In this document: positions 9,728-20,041 of the stretch, piece after piece | Layout: every line of letters begins with the position of its first letter | Numbering within the stretch: the first letter of the stretch is position 1 | Source of the DNA: Bdellovibrionota bacterium | GTDB lineage: Bacteria > Bdellovibrionota_G > JALEGL01 > DATDPG01 | Direction: 5' to 3' | DNA: 64,000 nt | Assembly (NCBI GenBank): GCA_963668355.1 | Contig: OY764265.1 | Span: forward strand, 2,858,493-2,922,492 | Translations under genes and position numbers: made by a program | The notes under the pieces: model-generated | The model's input: only the letters and a program-made list of their open reading frames with translations | Databases searched by the model: none | What the model was told of the DNA's origin: nothing

Positions 9728-11677
9728 GTGAATTTTTTTGAGCACCAAGACGAGGCCAAACGAAAAACGAAATGGTTGGTTTTCAATTTTGTTTTGGCGG
9801 TCATTTCCATCATTGGCGCAATCTATTTCTTGGCGATTTTCGCCAATGAGCTCCTCCAGGCACGAGGGGACCCCAACGGATATCACCCCACCGTTCCCAA
9901 TCAATGGTGGCAACCCACCATCATGCTCTATTCGGCGACCTGCTCCCTGCTCCTTATTTTTGGGGGCTCTCTGTTCATGACCCGAAATCTTTCGAAAGGC
10001 GGGAGTGCTGTCGCTAAGATGCTCGGAGGAAAAAGACTTCATCCGGAAACAAAAGACCCCAAAGAAAGACGCCTTCGAAACGTGATTGAGGAGATGGCGA
10101 TCGCTTCAGGGGTTCCTGTTCCTGAGATTTTCATTCTTCACGAAGAAAACTCCATCAATGCTTTTGCAGCCGGACACACTTCGAGCAATGCCGCCATCGG
10201 GGTCACTCGCGGAACCTTGGAGACGCTTAATCGGGATGAACTTCAGGGAGTCATCGCCCACGAGTTCAGTCATATTCTTCATGGAGATATGAAAATTAAC
10301 ATTCGCTTGATGGGAATTCTTCATGGAATTTTAATGATTGCCATTCTAGGAACCTTTTTGATTCGCAGTGCAGGTCTCGGAGGAGGCCGATTCGGATCTC
10401 GACAAAGAAAATCTTCTCAAGCCACTCTGGCGTTTATGGGAGCTGGAATGGCCTTGATCGCCATCGGATACATTGGCGTATTCTTCGGAAAGTTGATCAA
10501 AAGTGCCCTATCTCGACAAAGAGAGTTTTTAGCCGATGCTTCTGCGGTTCAATACACACGAAACCCTTCAGGAATTGCCAGTGCCTTAAAAAAAATCGGT
10601 GGGTTCTCCGAAGGATCGAAAATGGATTCCCCCAAGGCAGAAGAAGCGAGTCATTTTTTCTTTGAAAATGCTCTCTCCCCTGCTTGGTTGAACGCATTGG
10701 CGACGCATCCTCCTTTGGAAGAACGAATCAAGCGGATCGATCCTTCTTTTTCGGGAACGATCCCTCCGTACGCGGCCCAATCGACCTCTCCCTCATCCAC
10801 ACCAACCGGTGCATCTGGATTTTCAAGCCAAGGACAAACACCCACCCTACCTACGCAAGAGCTGATTACAAGCATCGGCGCACCTTCCTCCAAGCACTTA
10901 AGCTATGCCGAGGTATTTTTAACTTCTCTCCCGGAAAAAATTGTTCAAATGAGCCGTTCCACTGATGGAGCCATGGCCCTGATGTATGCACTGCTTTTGG
11001 ACACACAAATGGATATTCAACAGCTCCAACTGGAATCCGTTGGTCAAGCCTTTGGTTCGGAGGTTTCACAAAAGGTAAAAGAACTTTCATCCATATTGGA
11101 CTCTTTGGGCACCCAAGCCCGGTTGCCCATCATCGATCTTTCTCTTCCTTCCCTGAGAAAGATGTCCAAGGTTGAGTACGCTCAATTCATAAAGATGCTG
11201 GTGACTCTCATCAAAGCCGATCAAGCGTTCGACCTACACGAAATGGTGCTCATTAAGGTCATCCAACATCACCTATCCCCCACTTTCTCCAAATCCACGA
11301 AGAAAGAGAGCCGTTTCCGAACCTTTTCCTCTATACAAAAGGACGTTCATTTCCTCGTTTCCGCTTTCGCTTACGTTGGAAATTCAGAAAAAGAGCAAAT
11401 CCTTCAAGCCTTCACAAAAGGCTGGGAAAAAGTCTCACCTCACCCCAAAACGATTCTCCCCTTCGAGGAAATGGACGTATCCAAACTCAACGAAACTTTG
11501 GACAAATTGGCCTTGGCGTCTCCTTCTCTGAAACAAGAAATCATACTTGCGTGTACCACCACAACAGAGTCCGATGGAAAGCTGACAGCCGATGAAGCAG
11601 AACTCTTGCGGGCTGTTGGAGATACGCTAAACTGCCCTATCCCGCCAATGGTTGCGGTTCTTGAAATGAGGACATGA
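9728..11677 (+). CDS. M48 (HtpX-like) membrane zinc metalloprotease with long C-terminal extension
   Basis: NAFAAG, HEFSH zinc motif, SRQREFLADA, THPPLEERI; usual lemA partner. Confidence 0.92.
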   Translation: MNFFEHQDEAKRKTKWLVFNFVLAVISIIGAIYFLAIFANELLQARGDPNGYHPTVPNQWWQPTIMLYSATCSLLLIFGGSLFMTRNLSKGGSAVAKMLGGKRLHPETKDPKERRLRNVIEEMAIASGVPVPEIFILHEENSINAFAAGHTSSNAAIGVTRGTLETLNRDELQGVIAHEFSHILHGDMKINIRLMGILHGILMIAILGTFLIRSAGLGGGRFGSRQRKSSQATLAFMGAGMALIAIGYIGVFFGKLIKSALSRQREFLADASAVQYTRNPSGIASALKKIGGFSEGSKMDSPKAEEASHFFFENALSPAWLNALATHPPLEERIKRIDPSFSGTIPPYAAQSTSPSSTPTGASGFSSQGQTPTLPTQELITSIGAPSSKHLSYAEVFLTSLPEKIVQMSRSTDGAMALMYALLLDTQMDIQQLQLESVGQAFGSEVSQKVKELSSILDSLGTQARLPIIDLSLPSLRKMSKVEYAQFIKMLVTLIKADQAFDLHEMVLIKVIQHHLSPTFSKSTKKESRFRTFSSIQKDVHFLVSAFAYVGNSEKEQILQAFTKGWEKVSPHPKTILPFEEMDVSKLNETLDKLALASPSLKQEIILACTTTTESDGKLTADEAELLRAVGDTLNCPIPPMVAVLEMRT

Positions 11678-13122
11678 TGAAATTAATGATGAATGGATGG
11701 CTGTGGGTAACGCTGATTTGCTTTCTTCCCGCTTCCCCGCCTTTGGCCTCAGAGATGTCCCCCCATCTCACGGAAGATGTGGTTGTAAATCGCGTTCTAT
11801 CTCTCAGCAGGCTTGGAAAAATATCTCAACTCCATGCAGCCATCACAGAGACCCAAGCCATGCAAGCCAGATCCCCTTATGATTTTACGCTCAACATCAA
11901 TGGGTCCCATGAAATCGACTCCAGTGAAAAAGTGATCAGCGTCTTTGGCAATCGAAATGACACAACCATTCTTGCGGCCTCTCTTAGTCGAATCTTCCCC
12001 TCGGGTACCCAAGCCGAAATTGGGTACACCACAAACCGTCAAAAAAGTGATTCCAATTTTGTCACAACCAACCCCGCCTTCGATTCCTCTTGGTTTGTTG
12101 GGCTGCGCCAACCCTTACTCAGAGATTCATTCGGTTCTGCCATGAGAGCCCAAATCGAGGCAGCTGAAGCCAATGCGAAAGCTGCAGAGTCTAGAGCCAA
12201 TTCAGAGCTCCAAACCATTGTCAATCAGGCATTGAGCGCCTTCTGGTCTTGGATCACGTTCGACGAGGACAAAAGCATTGCTAAGTTGGGCGTAAAGAGA
12301 GCTCGAGACTTCCTTTCTGTAACCCAAAAAAAATTCAAATTGGGAACGGCCGAAAAGGCGGATTTATTTGCAGCGCAAGCCAGCTTGGCAGCTCGGGAGC
12401 AAGATGTTCTCCAAAGTGAAGAACGAGCCGAAAATGCGCTTACCACGCTAAAAAATGTTCTGCTTTTGAGCCCTTCTCAACACATTGAAAGTGGGGAGAC
12501 ACTTAAACAAACAACTCCTCCAGGGGATCTTGAACAACTCCTCCAAACAGCACTCACCAAACATCCAGATGTCCAAGCGGCCGAAAAAGATCTCTGGGTT
12601 GCGCAAAGAACATATGAAAGTTCGAAAAGCGGTGCACGCCCCCAATTGGATATTTTTACAAAGCTCACGATGAATAACGTGGATGACACGTGGGGGGGAT
12701 CAGCCACCGGGGCTTTTGGCTCAGACGATCCGGATTGGGTCGTGGGAAGTGAGTTGATCATCCCATTTGAAAATCGGCAAAGAAAAGCTGAAAGGAAAAT
12801 GGCTAAACTCAGGCAAGAAATCATGGCATTGCAATTCAACCAGGTGAAAGACAATGTGGCGACGAATGTACGAATTGCCTGGAATTCATTAACCGCCGCT
12901 CAAGCCCAAACCAAAAAAGCCTTGAAGCTGGAACACCTCCAACGAAAGAAATTGGCAGAGGAAGAAAAAGATTTTCGACGAGGCCGAAGTGATGCCTTTA
13001 CGATTCTCACCTACCAACAAGATTTAATTGCAGCGGAAAGACAAAGATTGGCTGCTCAAGCCAAAGAACAAATCGCCCAAAACACACTGGCCTACGCCGT
13101 AGGCCATCTACTTCCGGAGTAG
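11674..13122 (+). CDS. TolC-family outer membrane channel
   Basis: Signal peptide, LRQPLLR, duplicated helical outer-membrane-efflux repeats; upstream of an RND gene. Confidence 0.88.
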   Translation: MMKLMMNGWLWVTLICFLPASPPLASEMSPHLTEDVVVNRVLSLSRLGKISQLHAAITETQAMQARSPYDFTLNINGSHEIDSSEKVISVFGNRNDTTILAASLSRIFPSGTQAEIGYTTNRQKSDSNFVTTNPAFDSSWFVGLRQPLLRDSFGSAMRAQIEAAEANAKAAESRANSELQTIVNQALSAFWSWITFDEDKSIAKLGVKRARDFLSVTQKKFKLGTAEKADLFAAQASLAAREQDVLQSEERAENALTTLKNVLLLSPSQHIESGETLKQTTPPGDLEQLLQTALTKHPDVQAAEKDLWVAQRTYESSKSGARPQLDIFTKLTMNNVDDTWGGSATGAFGSDDPDWVVGSELIIPFENRQRKAERKMAKLRQEIMALQFNQVKDNVATNVRIAWNSLTAAQAQTKKALKLEHLQRKKLAEEEKDFRRGRSDAFTILTYQQDLIAAERQRLAAQAKEQIAQNTLAYAVGHLLPE

Positions 13123-16100
13123 ATGGGGACCAAGATGAATATTGCTCGTTTCAGCGTCAAAAACTCTCTCATGGTTAACCTCCTTTCCATCTTTGTGATC
13201 GGAGCTGGAATCATGGCCCTCTTGGACATGCGCCGAGAGGCCTTCCCAACCTTCTCTTTCGATTTGGTCATGGTTCAAGCGACTTATCCGGGCTCAACCC
13301 CTGAAGAAATGGAAAGGCTCGTTACACGAAAAATTGAGGATGAATTAAAAACCGTCAGCGACATTGAGAAAGTCCAATCCACTTCCGCAGAAGGATACTC
13401 CCAAATCATCGTCGAAATCGATCCAGATGCTGAGAACAAGAGTCAAGTGGTTACAGACATTCAACAGGCCGTGGATCGAGTTCCAGACCTGCCTTCGGAC
13501 ATGCAAGACAAGCCCATCACCACGGAAATTCGAACGCAAGACACTCCGGTCGTGGAGATCGCCATGTTCGGTCCCCTTTCTCGAAAAGAGCTTCAAGACC
13601 TAGCCGAAAAGCTCGAAGACGAAATTGAGACTTTGGATGATGTCGCAGAAGTGAACCGTGGTGGATGGAGAGAAAAGCAAATCTGGGTGGAACTCGACGT
13701 CAATGCCATGAAAGAAAAAGAAATTTCCATTGATGAAGTTGTTCAGGCCGTCCGAACGAATGACATTAATGTTCCTGGGGGAACACTCGACACAGGAAAG
13801 ACCGAGTTTCTCATACGAACCGCCAATGATTTCAAAACGCCAGAAGAATTTGACCAGATCGTCATCCGTGGCAATGAAACCGGGGAAATCATACGCCTAA
13901 AAGATGTTGGTGGCACCCGGTGGGCCTTTGAAGAAGCCACGACGCTATCCCGAACGGACGGATTCAATGCCGTTCGTTTGGTTGTAATCAAACGAGAAAT
14001 GGGTGATGCCATCCGGCTGGTCGATCAACTGGACGGCATCCTTGCCAGTTTTAAATCCAGAAACAATCCCAATCTTCAAACCACGTACATCAATGACATG
14101 TCCTTTTATGTCAAACGAAGACTGAATATCCTGCTCAACAATGGGTGGATTGGGTTAATCTTCGTTCTTTTATCGCTCTTTCTTCTTCTTAGCCGGCCCG
14201 TAGCGACCTGGACCATCCTTGGTATTCCTGTGGCGTTTGGCGTCGCCATTTGGATCATGAGCTTGTTCAATATTTCGATCAATCTGATCACCATGTTCGG
14301 ACTCATCATGGTTCTCGGAATTGTTGTGGATGACGCCATCGTTGTGGCAGAGAATGTCTATAGCTATATGGAAAAAGGCCTATCTCCTAGAGAAGCCGCC
14401 ATCAGGGGCACGCAGGAGGTTGTGAAACCCATTACGGTCACGGTCCTCACAACCTGTGTAGCCTTTTTTCCCTTGGCCATCATGACCGGGATTTTCGGAA
14501 AATTCATTCGATGGGTTCCGATTGTCGTCATCATTACGCTCGTGGCAAGTCTGATTGAGTGCTTCCTCATTCTTCCCTCTCACCTAGCTGACTTCGGAAA
14601 AGCACGAAGGAATGGAAATTCGAAAGAAGAACGGCCTTCTCGATTCATCTTTTTCCAAAATTTGTACGAATCTCTTCTTCGCTTTCTTCTTAACCGCAGA
14701 TGGTTCTATACAGTTGGCATGCTTTTATTTTTCCTCGTTGGCATCATTGCAGGATTCAAATTGATCCCCATTCAAATGTTTCCTTCCCATGGAATTGAAA
14801 TATTTTTCGTTCGTGCAGAAGCCAAACTCGGAACTTCCTTGGAGGAAACGGCGCGGCGATTCAAAGAAATCGAAAAAATCGTAGATCGTTTACCCGATGA
14901 GGAACTAAAAAATCACGTTTTGATTGCTGGGATCGTTCAGCAAGATGCCTATGACCAAGACACTCTTCGGGGAAGTCATGTGGGTCAATTGATTGTTTAT
15001 TTGACCCCCGAAACTGATCGTGAACGAAAAACCCAAGCCATCATGGACCAGATTCGCAAAGACATAACGTCCGTGAAGGGGTTTGAACGGGTTTGGTTGG
15101 ATGAAGTGAGACCCGGGCCTCCACAAGGAAAGCCGGTTGCCGTCAGAATTCGTGGAGATGAATACAAAACGCTCACGGAATTAGCGACTCAAATCGAGGA
15201 AAAAATCCAAACCATTCCCGGAACCAAAGACATTCGAAATGATTTCGAAAAAGGAAAAGATGAACTTCGTGTGGTTGTCGATGCTCCGCGTGCTTCAATG
15301 GCCAAACTCCTTCCTGCAGATGTCGCAAAAACGGTCAGATGGGCTTTTCAAGGAGAAGTCGCAAGCACGATCGAGGAGGGAAATGAAGACATTGATGTGA
15401 TTGTTCGCCTCAAAGAAGAAGATCGAGGCAAACGAAAAACCTTTGAAAAATTATTCATCCAAAACCCCAGGGGATTCCATGTCCCCCTTTCCCAGGTGGC
15501 GCAAATCAAGCAAGCAGAGGGGATCACAGCCATCAAACACTATGAAAACGTGCGAACGGTAACGGTCACAGCGAATATTGACTCGGAAAAAACAACATCT
15601 GTGGAAGTCAACCAGGCCATTTTGCCCTTCTTACATGAACTTGAAACCCAATATCCGGGCTATATTTTGGAGGCCGGTGGAGAATACGAAGATACCAATG
15701 AGTCCTTGGACAATCTAAAGCAAGCCGGAATCCTGGCAGCCTTCATGATCTTCTTGATCTTAGCAAGCACGTTTAACTCTCTGGCACAACCCCTCATGAT
15801 TATGCTGGCCATCCCTTTTGGCGTGTTTGCCGCCTTGATCGCATTACTTAGTCATGGAGAGCCTCTAAGCTTCTTGGCTTTTATGGGAATCATCGGTTTG
15901 GCCGGTGTCGTCATCAACGACTCCATCATTTTGATCGACTTCATCAATAAGGAACGTGTAAAGACCTCTAATCGAAGAGAATCCATTGTCACAGGGGCTG
16001 TAAAACGATTGCGCCCCGTTCTTCTGACAAGCATTACGACCATTATGGGATTGGGTCCGGTGGCCTATGGAATCGGGGGAAAGGATCCCTTCTTGGTTCC

Positions 16101-16308
16101 CATGGCCCTCACCATCGCATGGGGAATTGCTTTAGGAACCATCATGACATTGACACTGATTCCATGTTGTTACGCGGTCTTGGATGACATGAAAGTTTGG
16201 TATTGTGGATCTTGCTTTCGAAAATATCTGCCTAAAATCGTTCACGCTCATTGCGTCGAAGGAGAGCAAGCCCAACAAGATACGCGAGACTCATCCGAAA
16301 ACGATTGA
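13123..16308 (+). CDS. RND efflux transporter permease (AcrB/AcrD/AcrF family)
   Basis: GIVVDDAIVVAEN, RLRPVLLTSITT, about 1060 aa with two large periplasmic loops. Confidence 0.95.
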   Translation: MGTKMNIARFSVKNSLMVNLLSIFVIGAGIMALLDMRREAFPTFSFDLVMVQATYPGSTPEEMERLVTRKIEDELKTVSDIEKVQSTSAEGYSQIIVEIDPDAENKSQVVTDIQQAVDRVPDLPSDMQDKPITTEIRTQDTPVVEIAMFGPLSRKELQDLAEKLEDEIETLDDVAEVNRGGWREKQIWVELDVNAMKEKEISIDEVVQAVRTNDINVPGGTLDTGKTEFLIRTANDFKTPEEFDQIVIRGNETGEIIRLKDVGGTRWAFEEATTLSRTDGFNAVRLVVIKREMGDAIRLVDQLDGILASFKSRNNPNLQTTYINDMSFYVKRRLNILLNNGWIGLIFVLLSLFLLLSRPVATWTILGIPVAFGVAIWIMSLFNISINLITMFGLIMVLGIVVDDAIVVAENVYSYMEKGLSPREAAIRGTQEVVKPITVTVLTTCVAFFPLAIMTGIFGKFIRWVPIVVIITLVASLIECFLILPSHLADFGKARRNGNSKEERPSRFIFFQNLYESLLRFLLNRRWFYTVGMLLFFLVGIIAGFKLIPIQMFPSHGIEIFFVRAEAKLGTSLEETARRFKEIEKIVDRLPDEELKNHVLIAGIVQQDAYDQDTLRGSHVGQLIVYLTPETDRERKTQAIMDQIRKDITSVKGFERVWLDEVRPGPPQGKPVAVRIRGDEYKTLTELATQIEEKIQTIPGTKDIRNDFEKGKDELRVVVDAPRASMAKLLPADVAKTVRWAFQGEVASTIEEGNEDIDVIVRLKEEDRGKRKTFEKLFIQNPRGFHVPLSQVAQIKQAEGITAIKHYENVRTVTVTANIDSEKTTSVEVNQAILPFLHELETQYPGYILEAGGEYEDTNESLDNLKQAGILAAFMIFLILASTFNSLAQPLMIMLAIPFGVFAALIALLSHGEPLSFLAFMGIIGLAGVVINDSIILIDFINKERVKTSNRRESIVTGAVKRLRPVLLTSITTIMGLGPVAYGIGGKDPFLVPMALTIAWGIALGTIMTLTLIPCCYAVLDDMKVWYCGSCFRKYLPKIVHAHCVEGEQAQQDTRDSSEND

Positions 16309-17270
16309 AGTTTTGGATCTTCTTCCCGACATTTAGAAATCCGCACGGGGCATCGAGAATAAAATGGGCATCCTCCTATGGAAGTCGGCTCATCCTCCAC
16401 GCGTTCAAACGTTTGCCCCCTCTGGAGTCGTGCTTTTTCGACCACGGGGTTCGGTACAGAAATTGAGGATAACAACAACTCCGTATAGGGGTGTTTGGGA
16501 GCTTTGCAGACTTCGTTCACACTGCCCTGTTCAACGATTTTTCCTCGATACATCACGGCAACATCATCACAGATTTGTGAAACGGCCGAAATATCATGGG
16601 AAATGAAAACCATCGTCAATTTCAGTTCATTTTTCAAATCCATCAATAAATTCAGTATTTGAGCTTGAACGGAAACATCCAACGCGCTTACCGGCTCATC
16701 AGCGACAATCACTTCTGGCGCAATAGCCAAGGCTCTCGCAATGCCCACTCTCTGACGTTGTCCTCCTGAAAATTCATGCGGGTATCTTCGCCTCGACCCA
16801 GGGTCCAATCCTACTTTCTGCATCAACGACCTCACCCAGGCTTCCAGCTCCCTTTCTTTCATCAATCCAAAATTCACGACTGGCTCTGCAATGATTTCCT
16901 CAATGGTCATCCGAGGGTTGAGACTGGAATAAGGATCTTGAAAAATCATTTGCATATTTCGTCGAAGATCTCGAAGTTCACGTGACCACGAAGGACGAGA
17001 CATCAGGATTTTGCCCTTCCACAGTCGCGTAAGCTCCTGATCTTTGAAAAACACTTTCCCCGAAGTTACAGGATAAAGGCCCAGCATCGCTCTTCCCAAT
17101 GTTGATTTCCCGCATCCGCTCTCGCCAACCACTCCCAGAGTTTTTCCTTTTTCCACTTTAAGACTCACGTGATTCACAGCGCGAAAAGGTGTTTTGGAGT
17201 TCGCGCTTAGTCCGAAGGTACGGCGAATGCGATAGTCCACACAGACGTCCTGCGTCCGTAAGACATTCAT
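16248..17270 (-). CDS. oppF: Oligopeptide ABC transporter ATP-binding protein
   Basis: GESGCGKS, FSGGQRQR, HPYT and C-terminal GCPF..RC; ATG at 17270 overlaps the upstream stop (ATGA). Confidence 0.93.
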   Translation of the reverse strand: MNVLRTQDVCVDYRIRRTFGLSANSKTPFRAVNHVSLKVEKGKTLGVVGESGCGKSTLGRAMLGLYPVTSGKVFFKDQELTRLWKGKILMSRPSWSRELRDLRRNMQMIFQDPYSSLNPRMTIEEIIAEPVVNFGLMKERELEAWVRSLMQKVGLDPGSRRRYPHEFSGGQRQRVGIARALAIAPEVIVADEPVSALDVSVQAQILNLLMDLKNELKLTMVFISHDISAVSQICDDVAVMYRGKIVEQGSVNEVCKAPKHPYTELLLSSISVPNPVVEKARLQRGQTFERVEDEPTSIGGCPFYSRCPVRISKCREEDPKLQSFSDESRVSCWACSPSTQ

Positions 17271-18235
17271 ATTTTCACCTCCCAACAATCGACCCTTCCG
17301 AAAGGATCAAAGAAACGCGTCGTGGGCACTTCCTCTTGACACTTTTTCGTGGCCAAAGAACAACGAGGATGAAAGGAACACCCCTGTGGCAAACAAGTCA
17401 GGGAAGGAGGGGTTCCAGCGATTGTTTCCAACGTTCCTCTTTCCTTCTCGTGAAGCTTGGGAATGCTTCTGAGCAAGGCCTTTGTGTAGGGATGGCGTGG
17501 GTTGGAAAAGAGTTCCTCGCAGGAGTTCATTTCAACCATTTTTCCTGCATACATCACCGCCACATCATCAGCCACTCCCGCCACGACGCCCAGATCATGC
17601 GAAACCAAGAGGATGCTCATATCGGTCTTTTGTTTCTGTTCTAACAACAATTGTAAAACCTGGGTCTGAGTCGTCACATCCAGAGCCGTTGTCGGCTCAT
17701 CCGCAATGAGCAAGCGTGGTTTACAAAGCAACGCCATGGCCAGCATGATCCGTTGTCTCATGCCTCCCGACAATTCATGAGGGTATTGTGACAGGCGTTT
17801 CTTGGGTTCGTAAAAACCTACTTGCTCCAACATTCCAAGAACGCGTTCCAAGATGTCTTTTTTAGACCATGAACCATGGGCTTCCAAGACTTCAGAAAGT
17901 TGCCGGCCCACGGATAAAAACGGATTTAGAGAGGTCATGGGATCTTGAAAAACCATGGCTATTTTTTCACCCCGAATCTCTTCCCACTCATGGGGTTTTG
18001 CGTCCGATATGTTTCGACCCTCTAGCCAAATTTCCCCATCCCGTTCAACATTTTTGGATTCATTCAATAAGTTCATCAGGGCCAACGCGGTCACAGTTTT
18101 TCCAGATCCGCTCTCTCCGACAATTCCCAGAACCCTTCCTTTTTTGATTTCAAACGAAATTTGATCTACCGCCTTGAGAAGGCCATCATCCATTCGAAAC
18201 CCGACGGTCAAATTCTTTACCGAAAGAAGTGTCAT
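17267..18235 (-). CDS. oppD: Oligopeptide ABC transporter ATP-binding protein
   Basis: [34 protein letters not shown]; likely start MTLLSV at 18235. Confidence 0.93.
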   Translation of the reverse strand: MTLLSVKNLTVGFRMDDGLLKAVDQISFEIKKGRVLGIVGESGSGKTVTALALMNLLNESKNVERDGEIWLEGRNISDAKPHEWEEIRGEKIAMVFQDPMTSLNPFLSVGRQLSEVLEAHGSWSKKDILERVLGMLEQVGFYEPKKRLSQYPHELSGGMRQRIMLAMALLCKPRLLIADEPTTALDVTTQTQVLQLLLEQKQKTDMSILLVSHDLGVVAGVADDVAVMYAGKMVEMNSCEELFSNPRHPYTKALLRSIPKLHEKERGTLETIAGTPPSLTCLPQGCSFHPRCSLATKKCQEEVPTTRFFDPFGRVDCWEVKI

Positions 18236-18239
18236 ATCC

Positions 18240-19124
18240 TTAATCCCGAAGCTTCGGATCCAATGCATCCCGAAGACCATCACCCAAAAAATTTAGTGCC
18301 AATAGAAGCGAGGCCATGGCCAACCCGGGGAACAAAAGCTCCCACCAATAAACAATCATATGATGGGCTCCATCATTGATTAGAGCCCCCAAACTTGGCC
18401 GAGGAGCTTGAACGCCAAGCCCTAAAAACGAGAGAAAGGCCTCTTGCAAAATCATTGAAGGGATGGTCAACGTAAAGTAAATCACAACCACGCCCAACGT
18501 ATTGGGAATCAAATGCCTAAATATAATTTGCCGATGACTCGCGCCCAGACTTCGAGCCGCCAAGATAAATTCTTTTTCTTTCAGACTCAAAACTTGTCCC
18601 CGGACAATTCTTGCAGTCATAAGCCACCCCACAGCGCCCAGGGCCAAGAAAAGAAGAAACAAATTTTTTCCAAAGATGGTTACCAGTACGATGACCAAAA
18701 ACATGTAGGGAAGCGTGTACAAAACATCCACGATTCGCATCATCAGGCCATCCACACGTCCACCGAGATAGGCTGAAATGGCCCCATAGACGGTTCCGAT
18801 CAGAGCTGAAACCAATGCAGCCATGATCCCAACCGCCAAACTTATCTGGGCACCAAACAAGGTTCGTGTGAGCAAGTCGCGGCCATAATAATCCGTACCA
18901 AACCAATGACTGAATGTGGGCGGACGCGGGCCATAGGCGAGATTCTGTGTCTCATAGTCATAGCCCCATCCCCAGTGGAGAAGAAGGGGGCCAAAGAGTG
19001 AAAGCGCCACGGAAAAAAGAACAAAGGCCGCAGAGGCCATGGCGATTCGATTTTTTTTCAATTTTTCCCAAGATTCTCCCCAAAGAGAGCTTCCATGAAA
19101 TTCTTTAGCTCCTTTTGCGGTCAT
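18240..19124 (-). CDS. oppC: Oligopeptide ABC transporter permease
   Basis: HWFGTD..GRDL, EAA-like loop (EFILAARSLGAS), NFLGDGLRDALDP. Confidence 0.93.
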   Translation of the reverse strand: MTAKGAKEFHGSSLWGESWEKLKKNRIAMASAAFVLFSVALSLFGPLLLHWGWGYDYETQNLAYGPRPPTFSHWFGTDYYGRDLLTRTLFGAQISLAVGIMAALVSALIGTVYGAISAYLGGRVDGLMMRIVDVLYTLPYMFLVIVLVTIFGKNLFLLFLALGAVGWLMTARIVRGQVLSLKEKEFILAARSLGASHRQIIFRHLIPNTLGVVVIYFTLTIPSMILQEAFLSFLGLGVQAPRPSLGALINDGAHHMIVYWWELLFPGLAMASLLLALNFLGDGLRDALDPKLRD

Positions 19125-20041
19125 GCCTCGTAGTTAACCCTTGGGTCCAAAATGGTGTAGAGGACATCCACAACAAAGTTCATGAACAATAGAAAAACCG
19201 AATACAGAAGGATTACGCCCATCACCAAAAAATAGTCTCGGTTAAAGGCTGCATCGACAAAGTAAGGACCGATCCCTGGCGTATCGAAGATTTTTTCCAC
19301 GACAACACTTCCAACCATGAGATGAGCCGTAGCGGGCCCCAAAAATGTAATTACGGGAATCAATCCCCCACGAAGAATGTGCCGAAAGATGATGGTTCTT
19401 TTTTTCAACCCCTTGGCTTTGGCCGTGAGAACATACTCCGAGTGAAGAACTTCAAGGACTCCAGCTCGAGTGAGTCTTGCAATATAAGCTCCATAGACCG
19501 TTCCTAGCGTGAATGAAGGCAACACCACATGCTCCCACCCTCCCCATCCTGCAGGAGGCAACCAACCCAATTGAAGCGAAAACACTAAGATTAACAAGGG
19601 ACCCAGAACAAATGTCGGAACACTCAGTCCAACCATGGAAACCCCCATGGCCAAATGATCAGGCCATCGATTCTGTTTCAATGCGGCAAACAAGCCCGTC
19701 CCGATTCCAAAAACCAATGCCCAGATTAAGGAGACCAGTCCCAACAAAAACGTCGAAGGAAATCCATCCGCAATGATCGACCGAACAGAGCGCTCTGGAT
19801 ATTTGGTTGATAGACCGAGATCCCCATGCAAGAGACCCTCTAAATATTTCCAAAGCTGTGTCCCCATGGTCTCGTTGAAACCATACCGAGCTTCGAGAGC
19901 TGACTGAATTTCAGGAGACAACGCCCGTTCACTCAAAAACGGAGAACCAGGGGCCCATCGAATCACCCAAAAGGAAAGAATGACAATGATGAGCAACGTG
20001 GGAATTAACCCCAAGAATCGTTTCAAAATAAATCGACTCAT
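19121..20041 (-). CDS. oppB: Oligopeptide ABC transporter permease
   Basis: GDLGLS, TAKAKGL, NRDY, DVLYTILDPRV. Confidence 0.93.
   Translation of the reverse strand: MSRFILKRFLGLIPTLLIIVILSFWVIRWAPGSPFLSERALSPEIQSALEARYGFNETMGTQLWKYLEGLLHGDLGLSTKYPERSVRSIIADGFPSTFLLGLVSLIWALVFGIGTGLFAALKQNRWPDHLAMGVSMVGLSVPTFVLGPLLILVFSLQLGWLPPAGWGGWEHVVLPSFTLGTVYGAYIARLTRAGVLEVLHSEYVLTAKAKGLKKRTIIFRHILRGGLIPVITFLGPATAHLMVGSVVVEKIFDTPGIGPYFVDAAFNRDYFLVMGVILLYSVFLLFMNFVVDVLYTILDPRVNYEA

Noticed and set aside
16248..16308. 61-bp convergent overlap of the RND and oppF 3' ends as a special feature
   Set aside because: Short tail-to-tail overlaps are common in compact genomes and both proteins look complete.
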